The notes: generated by a model not told the origin, from the letters alone. 64,000 nucleotides of DNA from Takakia lepidozioides (GCA_030704615.1 CM060731.1:6262001-6326000), one strand, 5' to 3'. Positions 13,611 through 28,477 are shown, counted from the first letter of the stretch. Numbers and translations: made by a program.

Positions 13611-14723
13611 GCTTTCTTCAGGTAGGATGTGAAGGAGTCTGAGAGAGTTTGACTGAATTCCGGTATCATTCTGTGGATTGGATTGAGTGAAGTCAGGATT
13701 TCGCTTTGCTCTGCAAAAACTGGTTTGACTGTCCGTATCGGAGGTTGTTCTGGAGCAGGGCATGAAACGTCTTTGCCCTCGAGGTTACAAGGCACTCGGG
13801 AGTGTGGAGACTGGCTGCTCAGCTGCTCCCCGGTCGTTTCCACAGACCACTCCAAAATCTCCAGACATAAGCTTGTTTAGCATCTGTGTAAGTTTGGAGA
13901 TGTTTGTGTGTTCCTCACAGTCCAATGCAGCCTCTCTTTCGTACGCAGTAGAAGTCTTCCGATTCGGTTGGTGGAGTTTTCCTCTTTCCAATGCTTGAAA
14001 GAGTCTCTTGAGAAGCTGTCCCACGAATATTTGTATCTTCAAATTCGCAATCGGAAACGTCAATCTAGGACGCCCCTTTCATAGCCGTAGTTACACCACC
14101 TGACTCATCGTGAACAGTCGTGTAACGATTGCCTTCGGTCTTCTTCTGCACTTGTCCATATGTAGCGCCAGATTCAGTGTGGAAGGGCTACAAGATTCGT
14201 CACTAGTGGAGTCCTCGCAGGATTCTCGCTGGTGGAGTCGCAGGATTCGCTACTGGTGGAGCAGCAAGATCCAACGCCTTGAGCGGGTCTCGTTTGCTGC
14301 CATGCTGGAAAGCACTCGGCATACTCCCTACATCGATCTTTCCGACTGTGAGTCTGAAGAAAGAACTGGCCGGTATTCTTGTCAGCTGCAGGTTAATCTT
14401 CCTTCACATTCACAGCGCACATGATACTTTGCTCACTCCCGTTAGCCTGGCGAATTCGCTAGCGTCGGGCCCCACCTCAAGGGAGCGAAGCGAAGCCTCG
14501 GACCTGGCACATGCAGCGAACGGTTCTTTGGCCCCGCTGCTTTGGTCTTTTTTGTGCTGGGGTGAAGCGAACCAAGGGCGAAGCGAATTTGTGGGGCGAC
14601 CGCCCCGCTGACACGCCCTGGCATGGCGAATTCGCCCCTCTGACAGGCGAATTCGCTCATGTGTAGGTCCTTTGTAGTCGGAAAGATTGATGTAAGAAAT
14701 ATGTCGCACACCACCACTAGTTG

Positions 14724-14750
14724 CATCATCATCATCATCATCATCATCAT
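14724..14750. repeat. (CAT)9 microsatellite
   Basis: Direct reading of the sequence. Confidence 0.95.
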
Positions 14751-15537
14751 CTTCTGCATCAACAGTGTGCAAACGGACTCCTTTCTACCTTTCTTCATCG
14801 GCTTGCTCAATCGCGTCACTGCCCACGAATATTGGGCACTTGATTCCCCACTTGAAAGCTGAATTTTTTCCTCTCCTAATTGTGAGCTGTCCGAAGGAAG
14901 AAACATGAACAGCGCATATTTCTATCTCGAGGGCAGCAAACGAAGATGATCCACGCAACCCCATTCAACATGGCTTGCCTTGGATGCATGGACAGCGTGC
15001 AGTCCTTCGCGAGACGCAAGCCCACAGAAGAAAGAATGAGCAGACTTGGGGCACCTGTGTATACAAATCTCAGTCCAAATCTACATAGGCTTTGAATTCA
15101 TCCTGGCTGCTGCCCACTCAAAAGTCAGTTGACGCCAAGGATACTGATCAAAAGACCCATGGGCCTCATCTAGCCAATGCATGACAATTACTGCTGTTTG
15201 AGCAACTTACCAAGACAGGTGCAGGAGGCCAAGGTTTGTGTGCAAATTCATCCCCTTCAGGGAGGATAGTATGAATTAATTACATCAAACAAAAGCATGG
15301 AATATCCATCATTCCCATTGTAGCTATGAGGGGAACAATTGCTAAAATACATCTGGGCATACTTCGAGAATACGTAATCATCTTCAATCCAACAACTCCA
15401 TCCTTGTTGAGCTGGTGACGGTTGTGAAGCCCTTAATATCTGAGAAGATAGCTCTAAGGCAAAAATAACCGAAAGGGCAGCACTCACAAGTAAGGAGTAG
15501 TAAAGAATATAGGAAATTTCAGACCAAAGGCACATAA

Positions 15538-18500
15538 TCACACTTCTAAATCCACTGCCGAGTTGGAAGAGATGCTTTGCTCCTTTTTAAGCAACTCGCC
15601 GAAAAGTAAACTGTGGTGCATGCCATACACAACATACACCACTACCCCCAGAACCAGCCAGATTGATACACGAAGCCATGTGGACAGCCTGCCAACACTT
15701 TCACTTGTGAGTGACACTTGTGAAGTGTGCTTTCAATTGAAATAACAGTGCTGCTTTCTAACAGGTGCCAACTCAAACAACTGCAGTTGTGCCAAAGTGC
15801 ATCAAGGGTTGCTGCAGCTGGCTGTTGACATTAGGAGGCAGGTATGCAACACCCTCAAACAAGAAGTTCACCATGTGTAAAATGGAGAGTATGAGCATTA
15901 CATCACCCAAATATTAGCACCCAACGACATAAAACATATGTTTAATGATCTCACGCTTCCAACATAATTGTCTGCCAGAGCTACATGCAAACAGAAGATT
16001 GTAGTCGGGAGAATCATACCCAAGATTCACCAGCAAATATACATTGACAAGAATGCTTGCCAAAGGCAGTGCTGGAACCCACGGACAATGAAAGCCTGCA
16101 CGCAAGAAAAGCATCAGTCGGCACTTCTCCTTCGTGGTTTGTCACTCTGTATGGGTGCACTGTATGGGTGCACTTTTGCTATTTCCCATAGAAATTCAGC
16201 TTGCCCACAATACGTGTTCCTAACTTGAAATCATGGCCAAGGACAAACCGTCACATAACGTCTTTAGTTCTACAAGGGCAGGTGGCAACAGGCGACAACC
16301 TCTTTGAGGCAGTTCAGGTAAGCCTAGGGATGCCACAACGGCTTTGTTGTGAAGCTGCTTCAAGAACTTGGATATGATGGAAATGAACGAAAGAAATGAG
16401 TGGAAGCGTTCCAAGAAGTGAAACAAACCTCCTGCTTGGCCGAATTTATGACGCCCTTCATCTTGCTCAATCAGAAAAAGCACTGTTGATGCAGGCACAA
16501 AGAATACTGTGCCTATTGATCCCAAAGTCCATCGTAAGGAGCTGGAAGCCCATCAAGCACAGAACACAGTATTCAATACCAACAAATGCACCTGGTGGCT
16601 TCCTTAGCCATTAGGGACCTGCATCAGCAAACTATACTTGTGCCAAGTTGGCAGTAAGTCTGCTTTTCCAGTCCACAAGGTTTTCATACAGAAGTCTATA
16701 GAGTCTATAAGGAAGTGAGAAGATACATTGTGACAGCTCTTTGCACATGGTGCCACATTGTCTTCAAAAGGTATCAGATCCTCCTTACCTTGGAAGACCT
16801 TCAGCAGCAGCAGCCAGGCCAACAAGGACAACACCGACACAGACACCAGTGATGCCTAACACTGCTGCCCAACGCCTTGCTTCCTCTTTCCCTGCCTCTA
16901 TAGCAAGCCATTTGATCAGGTTAGATACTTCACGGGCAAGTGAACAACACAATAGAGTCCCTCCCAATTGGTACACAGTCAAAGACCATCCTTCAGGCCA
17001 AGGGCATGTTCTCTTAAACAGTGTGGTGGTCGTTAGCTTGTCTTCTCCTTTTACCTCATTCCCTTCTGATTCCATTCCGCATGCACAAAAACCAGCACCA
17101 TCGACCTGTCTATCCATCCAGTATGTTGTATGTCAAGCAACAGTATTGAGGCTCATCAGGTGCAAGGGGGTGCTTGGGTCTGTGTATCAATAGATTCCAT
17201 GCAGGAGCCAATCAAAGGCAGGTTCTAAGAATCCCAACTCAAAGTGCTCAAGGCAAACTCAAAACAGAGTGAATAGGATACAGCAAAGGTACCGATTGTT
17301 GTAGTCTGATCCACCATCAGCAATGGATCATGAAGAGCCACTTGGAGAGAGCGGGGCGAATCTGGGGCCATGCCCTCCTCCTGGTCACCGGGGTCCTCCT
17401 TTAAGAAAGACCCGGTGCTACTTACCGATGATGCACAGTCACCTTCAATGCCGCCAGGCAGTGTTTGCAAAGATGTATCTGAGAACAGTGACAGCACTGG
17501 GGAGAACACATGTGCTTTGCTATACACAGGTTGTGATGGTGAAATGTGCGCAGAGGCAGGATGCATATCAGCCGAGGGCACAGGGATGGCTGGTCTGGCA
17601 GCCTCATTGGGTGGCACATATCTAAGAATTAGAATAGAGATGCCAACAATTGTGAAGGCCAATAAAGTTCCCACACTCACCTGTGTGCACCACAAACAAG
17701 CAACAATTATCAAACTGCAACAAAATTTCCACTGCGGGAATCGCCCACCCTTCAAACACCTTGTTAAATTTACACGACTGCCCCAGCAGCATACCACCCA
17801 CGGACACCAAATAGGTATTCCTCAAAACAAGTTAGCCCCCAACAAATGCAGCCTAAAGGTGGAGGTATGTATGTCTGCACAATATTTGTCTCCTCACTAT
17901 TGAACTAAAGGAGAAGGAGAGTACTTCCTGACATGTTAGATAAAGAGGTTTCTAGCTGCTAGGTACAAGTGGATGGAACTTGCACATGAGGATATCTAGA
18001 ATCCACTCCCACAACAAGGCATGCAGAAAGCATAGCTGGCCATGACTGTGATCCAATCGCGAACTTAGCGAATCAGCGAACTTAGCAGATGCATTTCAGA
18101 ATTTTTCTGCTTCATTATCACCAAAGTAAACACAAATTACATTACCGTACATACGTTCTCTTCCTTGTGGGATACCCACTACTCCAGTGACAGCAACTTG
18201 TCATCCAAAGACCAAGGAAATTACCATGCCTGCCAGCTGATCCACATCCATGGAGAACGCCATGAGTGCTGCCACCAGGCCAGATACCACCGTGCTGTTC
18301 ACAGGCACTGCAGTCGTGGGGTGAACTGTGGAGAAGAAGGGTGGAAGTAAGCCATCACGTGCCATTGCCATCAATATTCTGGGCTGCCCACGAACAGCAG
18401 ACTGAGTCCCAAATACCATTCTGGTATGCCAGAGGAAGCCTCAAAGAATGCCAATAATTCTCCTACTGCCTATCTTAGCTGCCATTTGCTGGACTACGTC

Positions 18501-21500
18501 TTTCAAAGAATACAAAACCCACTGATAAACAATTTACTGATCAAAATAAGAGAAGAAGCCTCTAAAACTTGGAGATACATCTCTAAGTGGATGCTGGTGA
18601 GTGTCATAGCCTCTCCCAGAGAGACCAAAACCTGGGGAAGCAGGGAGCCCATGAGCGTTGTGGACAAAGCCGCCACTGCACCTGCTGCCACCATGTACCT
18701 GCATGTGCACAATGCCCTTCGTCAGGATCAAGAGGAGTCAACTCGTACATCTTTGCTGTCTCTAGGGACAGCAAACTGATCGGATCCACCTTCTGCAGCC
18801 CTAAACCGTATGGAAATGAGCGCACCCTGGAAAACTAGAGCCTCACAGACATTCAAGGTTGTGCAATCTCTGTCCCTGCTGCAAAGCAGGGCATTTGATT
18901 CTGAGTCATCAAAGCCTCACTTCAACCATATGTGAACAAGAACATAAGCAAAAACTTGCAACATCAAAGACAATGCTATGACAAGTGAGAAAGTGGCAGG
19001 TGGATGCAAATTGCCGTCTAGTTGCTGCTGCTGCTCTCAGCGCCCCCCCCCCCCCACCAAAATGTATGTGAAAGAGGAGTGTTACATGGCCCAGGGCATC
19101 CCATTGTCTGAGAAGGCAGTGGCCATGGGTGTGTCAGGGTCCATCAAGTTGAAGGGGACAAGGCCTACGATAACTCCCGAGACCATCATGTACAGGCTGG
19201 CACAAATGAACAGTGACAATCCAATGCCTAGTGGGAGGTCCCGCTGAGGATGCTTGACCTGTAGAAACACATCCAAACCTGATTGCTTAGCCAGTACAAG
19301 GCCTTGCCGATTCAGGCCAACACAAGCTTGAACACAACCCTGTTCACATTACACAACACCAACCTCTCTTGTACTACGTGGTATTAGTGATGGGTAGATG
19401 CAAGCCCAAGCACCATGTTCTATAGTTAAGAGTGATTTTAAATGAGGATTGTTAATCATTGAGCCACTCCTTATATCCTGAGCATGGACAACCCTTCCCA
19501 CCTTGCCAGTCCTATGAGCTCAGACAGCCTACTTCTTCACTAAGAACATCAGACCACATACTGCTTCGACAGGAAATTGCAAGGAAAAATTATACAACAA
19601 TTGGCTCATGGACTGAACTAGAAGAGCTTAGACAGTCGTATTAAAGCTGCAGACTTCCAACTGATGGCCTCAACTTTCATACACACCTCTTCAGCTGTAC
19701 TGGCAACTGTGTCAAACCCAATGTAAGCGAAGAAAAGTGTGGCTGCACCTCCAAGCATTCCATTGATCCCAAAAGGTATGTACCTGATATGTGGGTCCCC
19801 AACATAACCAGACAAGTCTAAGAACAATATTTACAGTGCCAGCTGATTTAGTGACTTAAGTACCTTTCCCCTGATATCAGTCTGCTCCCAAGACTTGTGA
19901 ATGTGAAGCGCTTCCAGGCCTCCAGTTATTCAGTTGGAGGCCGAAAGCACTTAGCAGATGCCACCTATGCAACTGTGGTGGTGACTTGCAAATATTGGAA
20001 ACTACCTCCAAGTGCTGGATAATAACAGTAATGCATGAATGTTAAGACAGCAGAGACAGCTCACCCTTGGTCCTGCTTGTAGCCTTGCCACCCAGTGCTA
20101 AACCCAGCCCAGGAGCCCGCCACCACCACAAACAACAGCACAGCTATGTTGATACCCGTCATGCATGCCTGCACCATTGCACTCTGCCAGCCCAACCATC
20201 CCCTCTCTTTCAGCAACTTTACTGGGTCCATGTGCATTAGGTGTCTGGAGCATGAGTCATGTTTGTATTTGGGGACTCTGGGACTTTGGTGTTTGCATAT
20301 ATATTGATGGAGCAGCTTATGCAAAGCATCATCATTGAAGTATTGTGTGAAGTATGGTGGAAGCTGCCAGTAGAATCACTTCCGCCTCTCTATTTCTTTA
20401 TTACAAAACCAATGCGTCATGTTGAGGTAAACAGAAGGTGGAGAAAGTAGGCTCAAAACCTCACGTATGCCACCACACAGGAGAGCCGTTACCAGCAGCA
20501 CCAACAGAGCTGCACACGGATCCACTACGACATCAACACCAGGAATAGTTCTGCGTGTTAGCCAGCCTGGCAGATTCTCCATTCCTCCGAAAAAAATTCC
20601 CTGCCACCAGCAACAATTTGCTGATAACAGCTCATCAGTACGTGAAGGTAAAAAAAAGTGCTATGAATGCAACCAGAAGCTGCATTTGTACAAGCTTCCC
20701 TACTTTTTCCAATGTTTTTGAGACCAATACATGCCTTCAGTCCTTCCAATTGCCAGAGGAATGTACCAGATTTGGAGAAATACCGCGTGCCACTGTGGAC
20801 CCGCCCACGGTGTACTCCAATATGAGAGCCCATCCAATGATCCAGGCCACCCTGGCACACACCACACATAAGTTGAGCTCGTCATTCTTATCCTCCCACA
20901 AACTGCTTGGGGAACGTTGTGCTATTCGGTCACTATGTGGAGCTCAAGATCACATACTCACAAAAGCCCTCAGAAGTACCTCTGACTCCCCTACTCTGGG
21001 CAAGCACAAGCACTGCTTCAAATTCAAATCACATTGGACAGCCGTTGCTGCAGCAGAGACAAGCACGGGGGTGGGTGTGCAGGTAAGGATGCACAGCCCG
21101 TGTACATACCCCTCACCAACACAAATGTAAGCATAATGGTAGGCGCTGCCTGCAGACGGGCATCGACTGGCCAGCTCAGCATAGCAAAAGGCCGACAAGG
21201 CGGCAGCCACACCCGCAATAAGAAAGGACAATGTCAACGCAGGCCCTGCCTTCTCCCTAGCCACGGTGCCCACGAGTACGTACACCCCGGCGCCTATTGT
21301 TGATCCTATGCCTGCGATGCCATACCAAAACACCTCCCCTCTTTCAATTTGGATTCCGCCATTCTACCCATCTACCAAACAAGCCCCCAGAATAGCTGAC
21401 CGAACCTGCCTCTTGGCCAGTCAAGGGGCACCTACACAGTCACGAGGAATGGGGAAAGAGCTGCTTGATGTGCTTCCTCAGCTGGATATGAAATCAATCC

Positions 21501-21851
21501 ACCAGGGAGATGTAATTGGTAATATGCGACAGCACTCAGTTACGTCCACTTCAGCTGCAAGTGGAGTCATCTACATCCAAGAACTGTGGAGATTCAAGAG
21601 AAACTGTAAGGAATTCAGACGGTGGGTGTCCCACAAAGCATCTATCAATTCAATAATCTTTCAAGCCCAGCACTCATGCCTCAACCAGCAGACCACATAG
21701 TCTCAAGAAACTTTTCCTTCCACAGGGGGCACAAAGAGGGAGGTTGCAAACCAATGGGCACCAGCTGCGCCACTGTGAGAGTCTTCGCCAGCTGCGGCCC
21801 GTTCCGCCGCGGCTGCTTAACCTCTTTCCGCCTCCACAACGAGAGAGCCAT
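15538..21851 (-). CDS. Cationic amino acid transporter, CAT2/3/4-like (APC superfamily), about 14 exons
   Basis: Exon 1 [13 protein letters not shown]...[13 protein letters not shown] (ATG 21851). Then [74 protein letters not shown] and [11 protein letters not shown]. Stop TGA at 15538-15540. Some internal exon edges are approximate. Confidence 0.9.
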
Positions 21852-24800
21852 CGTGGTGAGCTGCCTCTATCTCTCCCTCTCTTCCTACACCCTCTCCAGA
21901 TCACTTCTGTCACACACTGCCATTCCTGCGATTGCCCAACAAACCAATCCGACTTCCCTCCTCTCAGATCCCACTACCATGCTTCCCTTGCAAGACAACG
22001 CGTGGATGCAGAGGCTCGATAGAGATGAGATGAGAAACAGCACGCGTGCACACAGCGAGGGCCTCGCCGGCACGCCATTGACCAGCCCAACAACAACAAC
22101 ACAGGTTTCTCGTGTCCGAGCAACTCTGCTGAGCTTACCGTTTACTCAATCTGCCGCTTCTCTCTCGCACGTGCCTTCTTCGGAAGTTATTAAGACTTTC
22201 CTGACCTACTTGTTTTAGTAAAAGGAGGACGGTATTAGTATATAGCAGACTAACTATTGCCTGGCTCTGCGGGAACATAAACTGCTTGAGGCTCTTGAGC
22301 TGCCTGTGACAGCTGCTGGCGTACTCTTTCTTATTATTCTTTGCATGAGCTGTTATGAGCCTATGCTTTCTGTCCTTCGTTCGGGGCCAGTCTAGTCCTG
22401 TGTCTTCTCTGTTAATGCGCACATAGTTCCTTCTTGATGCTTGTGGTGATTAGCAGCTTACGTTTCTCTGCTCTGCAACTGGCGCCATAAGATATCCAAC
22501 ACCATGTCCGTCATCCTCACCCATTACACGCTGGAAGTGTAAAGATTAAGCAGAGATGGGAGGAAAAGGTACTTGTTGGAGGTGCATCTAGTGCATTCGT
22601 CTCTATTTCCATCGTTTCACCCGGCGATTTCAGAGGTACTAGCCCACTTCCAGGCTTCGCAAATGCACTGGAGGGACAAGGATTGTATTCTATCAGCTGT
22701 GAGTACTCAGCGGAGGGTGATATCAAGGGTGCGCATCCCTTCATAATCTGTCTGGTTGGGTCGATCGATTCATGTCTGCCACCTTTGCATATATCGGTGG
22801 AAATAGTGATAAATGCACTAGGCTCCAGTTATAAGTAACTTTTCCTCCCATCCGCGTTCAATCTTTCAAGTCGTACTTTTGTATATAGACCTCTCAAAGC
22901 TCTTTCGGTATGTGACTGATTTCTTCTAAGCTGTTGGGATTTGTGTGAGCTCTAGCTTCTTAGCAGTTTGTCATGACCAGGTTTTCAGACAGCTTCATTA
23001 GTGATGTGTGTGACCAGGTTAAATGTTTCTTGCGCGTCAGTAAAGAACCTGCATCCCCGCCAATGGTTTACATTTTGTTCTTTTGGCTCAAAGCATCGTC
23101 GATGTTCAGTTTTCCTATATCTGGCTCACAGACTTGCAAGTTCTGTACCTCGAAGTGCCATCATAGGGTTGTGTGGTGATGGTATTTTAGTAGGGAGAGA
23201 AAGCTGGAGTGCAGAAAGGGATGTAAACGAAAAGATCCCATTGCATGCAGTTCATGAATGTGAAAACTCGCCCTGAAAGTTGAAACCTTCTTGTTTCTTT
23301 GAGTTTCAATTTGATCTCTCTTAAAGTTCGCCCACCTTCACGTACTAACTTACTTGCAGGAGGGCAGGAGAAATTCGGAATCAGGTTCCAGGGTGGGAGA
23401 TATGAGGAGCATGCAGCGCTTGTCAAAATAAATGGCATCACTTCAACGGGGCCTGAAGAAGAGGAAGTGATGCAGGACCCTTTTGTAGTCACTGTCCCCC
23501 CATCATGATTCCTACTTGCATCGATCCTGAATTGATTACCTCAGAATTTGCAAACCAGAGATTTCCTATTTTGTCAGCTACAGCCATGATCTGAATCCCC
23601 AGATGGAGTACTAGCCAATAGATGCTTATGAAAAACTTGAAAGTCATGTCCTGGCAGATCTATTCTCTTATTTGTTTCTGTAGAAGATCCTGAAGTTTTC
23701 TTGTCAGCGACAGTGCAGGCTCTGTGCAGGCTTGTGGGCCAGCACCCTTCAATCAGATTCTGTTGGCCAAGCAAGCTCCAGTGCCTCCTCCCGTGTTGAC
23801 AGAGGCTTCTCCACCTGTGTCCTCCAGAAGTGTCTGCTCCAGAACTCCAGGCCGCACTCATGGTATTGGCTTTCGTGCAAGGCCTGTAGTTGTTCATGTT
23901 CCAGTGGTGTGCATGTCACAAGAGACGCTCAGACAGGTTAGGGCCTTCACGGTGTAGGACGCTTCATCGGACCTAAGGGTTCAAGGAGGGATGCCGGGCA
24001 TTGGACCGGATAGACTTGGGTATGAGGTTTACAAGCCAGAGAAGCCAATCCTTTTGTGGGCAAGGTAATGGTCACCCCCCCTTCAAGTTTTTGCTGTAAT
24101 TCTTGGGTTTCCCATGCTATGTTTCCAAGCTCTCTTCTGCAGTTTCGAAAACTCGTAGGCGCATGTTCATTCTTTTCAATTCTGTATGGAGGAAAAAGCC
24201 CAGTCCTGATGTCTATGCATGGCATGTATGGAAGAGCAGAATGGGCACACTAGCTGACAGTGGAATAGCCTGTGCGGAATGAGAGCCTGATGCATGAGCT
24301 CTTACTGCAGCAGAATGTGCCCTGATGCAATTTCCACCAGTCCAAGTGTTGTGGTTTGGGTGAATGTCAGCCTTAGTACTAATTCTCATGCACATGTATG
24401 AGTGCCAGTACAGATGACAATTGTGAATGATTAGGTTTGTGTATGAGACTCAATCACATGATCTTTTCATCATGTGCAGTGCTCAAGAGTAGAGGGTCCA
24501 AAAAGCGGCCAATCTTTCAGCTCGGAGAGAAGAGAATAACACCCACCCATCACATTGCATATATGCTAGTCTTTCACTCATAAATGACCCTGAACAAATT
24601 CAGGATCAAAGTACGCATTCATGGACACTTGCTAATACATCAATCCAAATGTTTTGCCAAAAAAGGCTTTATCATGTGACCAGTTTCCTCATTGCCATCT
24701 GAACACCAAATTAATTCACTCTAAGATGTTACTAAACTCTCACCTGCTAAACCAACCATGACACTTGGCTAAGAAGGATTGGCCTGAAGCAATTTGCCTC

Positions 24801-25309
24801 CTGCTGCTAATAACCCTAATCCAATGCATTCCTGCACAATGACAAGACAGTCCATCGCTTCTGAGACAAACCTTCAATTTGTATATGCAATGGCATGCCC
24901 TTTGTGAGCCAAGCAGAATTCTCCTGCAGCACACACACATGAAAATGGATCTTGATGTTACCTTTGCATTAAGTCTGTACTGATAAATCAACTATGCCAC
25001 CTTCCTCTATATCAAACACTATGCTCTCTGATCAGGTCTGAATGGCACCATTTTTGGCTCTGAGTCACCATAGTGGCAGTGCTAGTATCAGAGACCTACA
25101 AAATAAACAAGTTAGAAGACGCATGCATATCAAGCCATTGATTGATACCATCAAGTGCACAGCCAGCAACTGTTCCCTCAATGAGGGCCTGCATCAGTGC
25201 ACAGTCATCTAGCAGGTGGCTGCTGCGGGTGTTCACGAGAAAAGCACGTGCTAATGGCCTTATTCTTCATCGGTGGGCATCATTGCACATAAATCCGCAC
25301 TTCCTACAC

Positions 25310-26909
25310 TTACACAATAAAGATCTCTGGCACAAAAGCTTGGTTATGGACATGATGAATTGTTCACATGTCGTCTTTAAGCTCTTTTCAAGCTCCTTCT
25401 TTGCATCTATTTGATAGTCCAAAACACGGGGTGAAAAGGTGCCAGCCAGGGACTGACTGCTCCATAATGATGACTGACCTCTCAAAATGCGGCGCAAATG
25501 CTCCAGCAAGTGTGTGAAATCTAGCTACTTGTGTGTTACAGAAAAATCTATGTCAAAGGGTGTGATCTGTTCCCGGAGTATACGCAGATGCTTGATGAGA
25601 AAAAGTTGTCCATCCATTTGAGAAGATCGCCTCTCTATCAATTTGCTCGCGCGTTGAATGGATGCAGAACACATACCAATAGTATCATGTGCAAGACCAG
25701 TAAAAATTGCAGGCTCCAGACAGCGGTACAGCTTGGAGAGAGCCGATAAAGTTTTCTCCAACGGTGGGCACCAGGTTGCATACAAAGCTCTACCCTCCTC
25801 CTCATTCCCAGAGGCTGATGCAGCACTTTGCTCCAGTTTAGAAGGAAGTCAAGATCCTTAGCTGATGGCAGGTAGTAGGCAATCTCATCCCGCATGTGTG
25901 TCTGGGCTGTCGCCATGTAGCCTTTCTTGTACATCCGCAAGGGTTCGTAAGATAGTCGGATGCACCCCTGCCACCGATTCTCGCCGCCTCCCCAAATGCT
26001 CATCAAGCAACTCTGCTTTCAGAATATCTACAACCTCACAAAGTCGATCTAAGTCTGCCTCATGGATAAACTGTGCCCGCAGAGTGTCATAGAGCACCGT
26101 ACACAGGGGTCAACAAGTGGGGCCAGGTTAGAGGGTTCAGAAGATGAGACTGGGAAGAAGTGATCAAACAGTTGATGCTCTAGCTGGCATACCTGCATTA
26201 GGTGAGCACAGCCCGATCTGGTCAACGCAGCCAATGGCTCCTCCTTTGCATAATCACCAATCCGCTGCGACACGCCCCTTGTACCAAACCAACACGCTGC
26301 ACAATACAATGAATAACAATCTGTCAGAACTTGACTGTACTCCTTCCGCGACGCTCTGCTCTCGATCTCTTCCATCAGTGCTTTCAGCTCACTTGCAGCA
26401 GCTTTGAAGCGCACATAGAGTACAGACTTGTTTGACCCTTCCGCGATGGAGATTCTGCCGTTTCCACCTCAAACTTTCTTTGACAGCCGCCTGGACCTGA
26501 GCTGATGCATGCTTCAGAACTGTGAGTACATGTGTCCGCACCATGGCCAGTGCGCGCGATTGAATATGTTTGAACTTGACAAGATATACACTGGAATCTG
26601 CATACTGTGGATTGTTGGCTACATAGGATATGCCTTCATCAAGTCTCTTCAACAATGGTAGGAAATGGCCACTCCCAACACCCATAGTTGCCGCATAAAA
26701 CTACGTCGCTATATTTTCAAGTTCATCAAAGTAGTTGAGCTTTCTTCGGAGTGCATCAGCAAACTCGATCAGCCTCTCCTTCTCCATCACCAATCGCTCG
26801 CAAGCATCATGCAGCATTCTTGTTTTGGCGGCTCCGGCCTGATGCTGGGCTTGCAGATCATCGAACCTACCCAGTGTGCCATCCAGATGAACCAGAATCT
26901 CATCACAGG
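25310..26909 (-). pseudogene. COG3: Intronless, truncated COG3/Sec34 (conserved oligomeric Golgi subunit 3) pseudogene
   Basis: Colinear peptides TCDEIL...[85 protein letters not shown] and [16 protein letters not shown]. Several frameshifts, an in-frame TAG, no introns. Confidence 0.85.
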
Positions 26910-26911
26910 TG

Positions 26912-27083
26912 CTAGTTGGCTCCTAAAACTGCAAGTGTGTCTAGTGTCTACCACTACTCGTGCTACGTTTAGTCCTCTCCGTACACTCAATCATAGATCT
27001 TGCGATTCCAAGAAAAAATTCCGGCCACTCGCGGAATCAGCAGTGACTGAAAATCCCTCGCTGCACTAAAGCTTGTGCTTTAG
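26912..27083. repeat. Left part of a ~290-bp dispersed repeat (continues at 33700-33815 after the MULE; second copy at 57276-57563)
   Basis: Near-identical sequence ctagttggctcc...gcactaaa..gtgcttt(a/g)g|ggagagaagctt...ccgccttcagcagcggtg in both copies. Confidence 0.9.
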
Positions 27084-27939
27084 GCCCCGCGTTATTCATA
27101 ATCTAGGATTAGCTTCTGGAGAGCCCTTGTCCCTACCAAGGCAGGGCACATTAATATGAGTCACTAATGGGATTCTGCCATGAATGCCAAGAGCCAGCCC
27201 CATGCCCGGGCCCTACCATTTCCCTCGCCATCCCCCTTCCTCGCCATACTCCTCACCGTGCATGCGCACCCTACCATGCTCTATGAGCTCCCCCAAGCTC
27301 CATGCGAGGCCCCATCCTGCATGCTCCATGGCATGTTTGGCATCCATGGATGAATTTGGGGGATAACTTCAAAATGGATGAGGTTAGGGTCTTTTAGAGT
27401 GGCGGCTGGTTTAGGGTTTTGTTTGTTTGGGGCGACGGCTGGCTTAGTGAGTTCTTGGCAAACTAGGTGAGTTCTTTTGATTATGTTTGCATTGTGAAGA
27501 TATTACATGTGAGTGTGAATGGATTATTGAGCATGAATGGTGGATGCAAATCGCATGCATTGAGGCATTGAAGCATTCAAACATTCAAACAATCAAGCAG
27601 GTAACAGCTCATTCTTTGAAGCATTTTCAAGTTTTTGTTTTCTCTTCTTTCACACATAACTAGGGAAAGCGCATTTGTGTTTTCTGCCTTGGCTTGAAAA
27701 ATGAACATGGTCATTTGCTCAATGAACAGGGAAGGCACAGTTGTGTTTTTTGGCATGGCTTAGAAAGTGAACGTGACCACTTGCTCAATCAATAAGCAAA
27801 GCACACTTGTGCTTTCCATGGCTTCCAATTTTTGATGTAAATACACACATGGCACCATGGATTCCATATTTTTCATGCTTTTGTTTGGACTTAGTCTAGA
27901 TCCATAATCTCACTGACATATCACTTAATACCTTAATAT

Positions 27940-28440
27940 GTTTGGAGGAAAGCGCAATCGAGGTTTCTCTGGTATACCACTTGAATGATATAATATGTCT
28001 GGAGGAAAGATCCGTCGAGGTTTCCCTGGTGTTTAAGTGATGATATATTTAAAAGAAACCGTGGTCAAGGTTTCTCTGACATCATGGTATACCTTAATAT
28101 GTCTGGAGGAAAGTCCGGTCGAGGTTTCCCTATATCACTTGAATGATGTAGCTTATATGTTAGGAGAAAATATCGGTCGAGGTTTCCCTAGCATATCACA
28201 AGATATGTTTATAGGAAACTGCGGTCGAGGTTTCTGTGACATGTATACTGTCTGAAGGAAAGCCTGGTCGAGGTTTCTCTGGCATATCAGTTGAATGATA
28301 TAAGATATGTTTGGAGGAAATCTCGGTCGAGGTTTCCTTGACATAATGGCCTTAATAAGAAAACCCGATCGAGGTTCCCCTGGTGCATATCACTTGAATA
28401 AAGCTTAATATGTTTTGAGGAAATATCGGTTGAGTTTCCA
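27940..28440 (+). repeat. Array of about 10 copies of GGAAA-N4-5-GGTCGAGGTTTCY with variable spacers
   Basis: Counted by eye; period about 40-60 bp. Confidence 0.85.
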
Positions 28441-28477
28441 ACTTGTATACATTTGGTTGTTTGTGATAGGATTTTAC

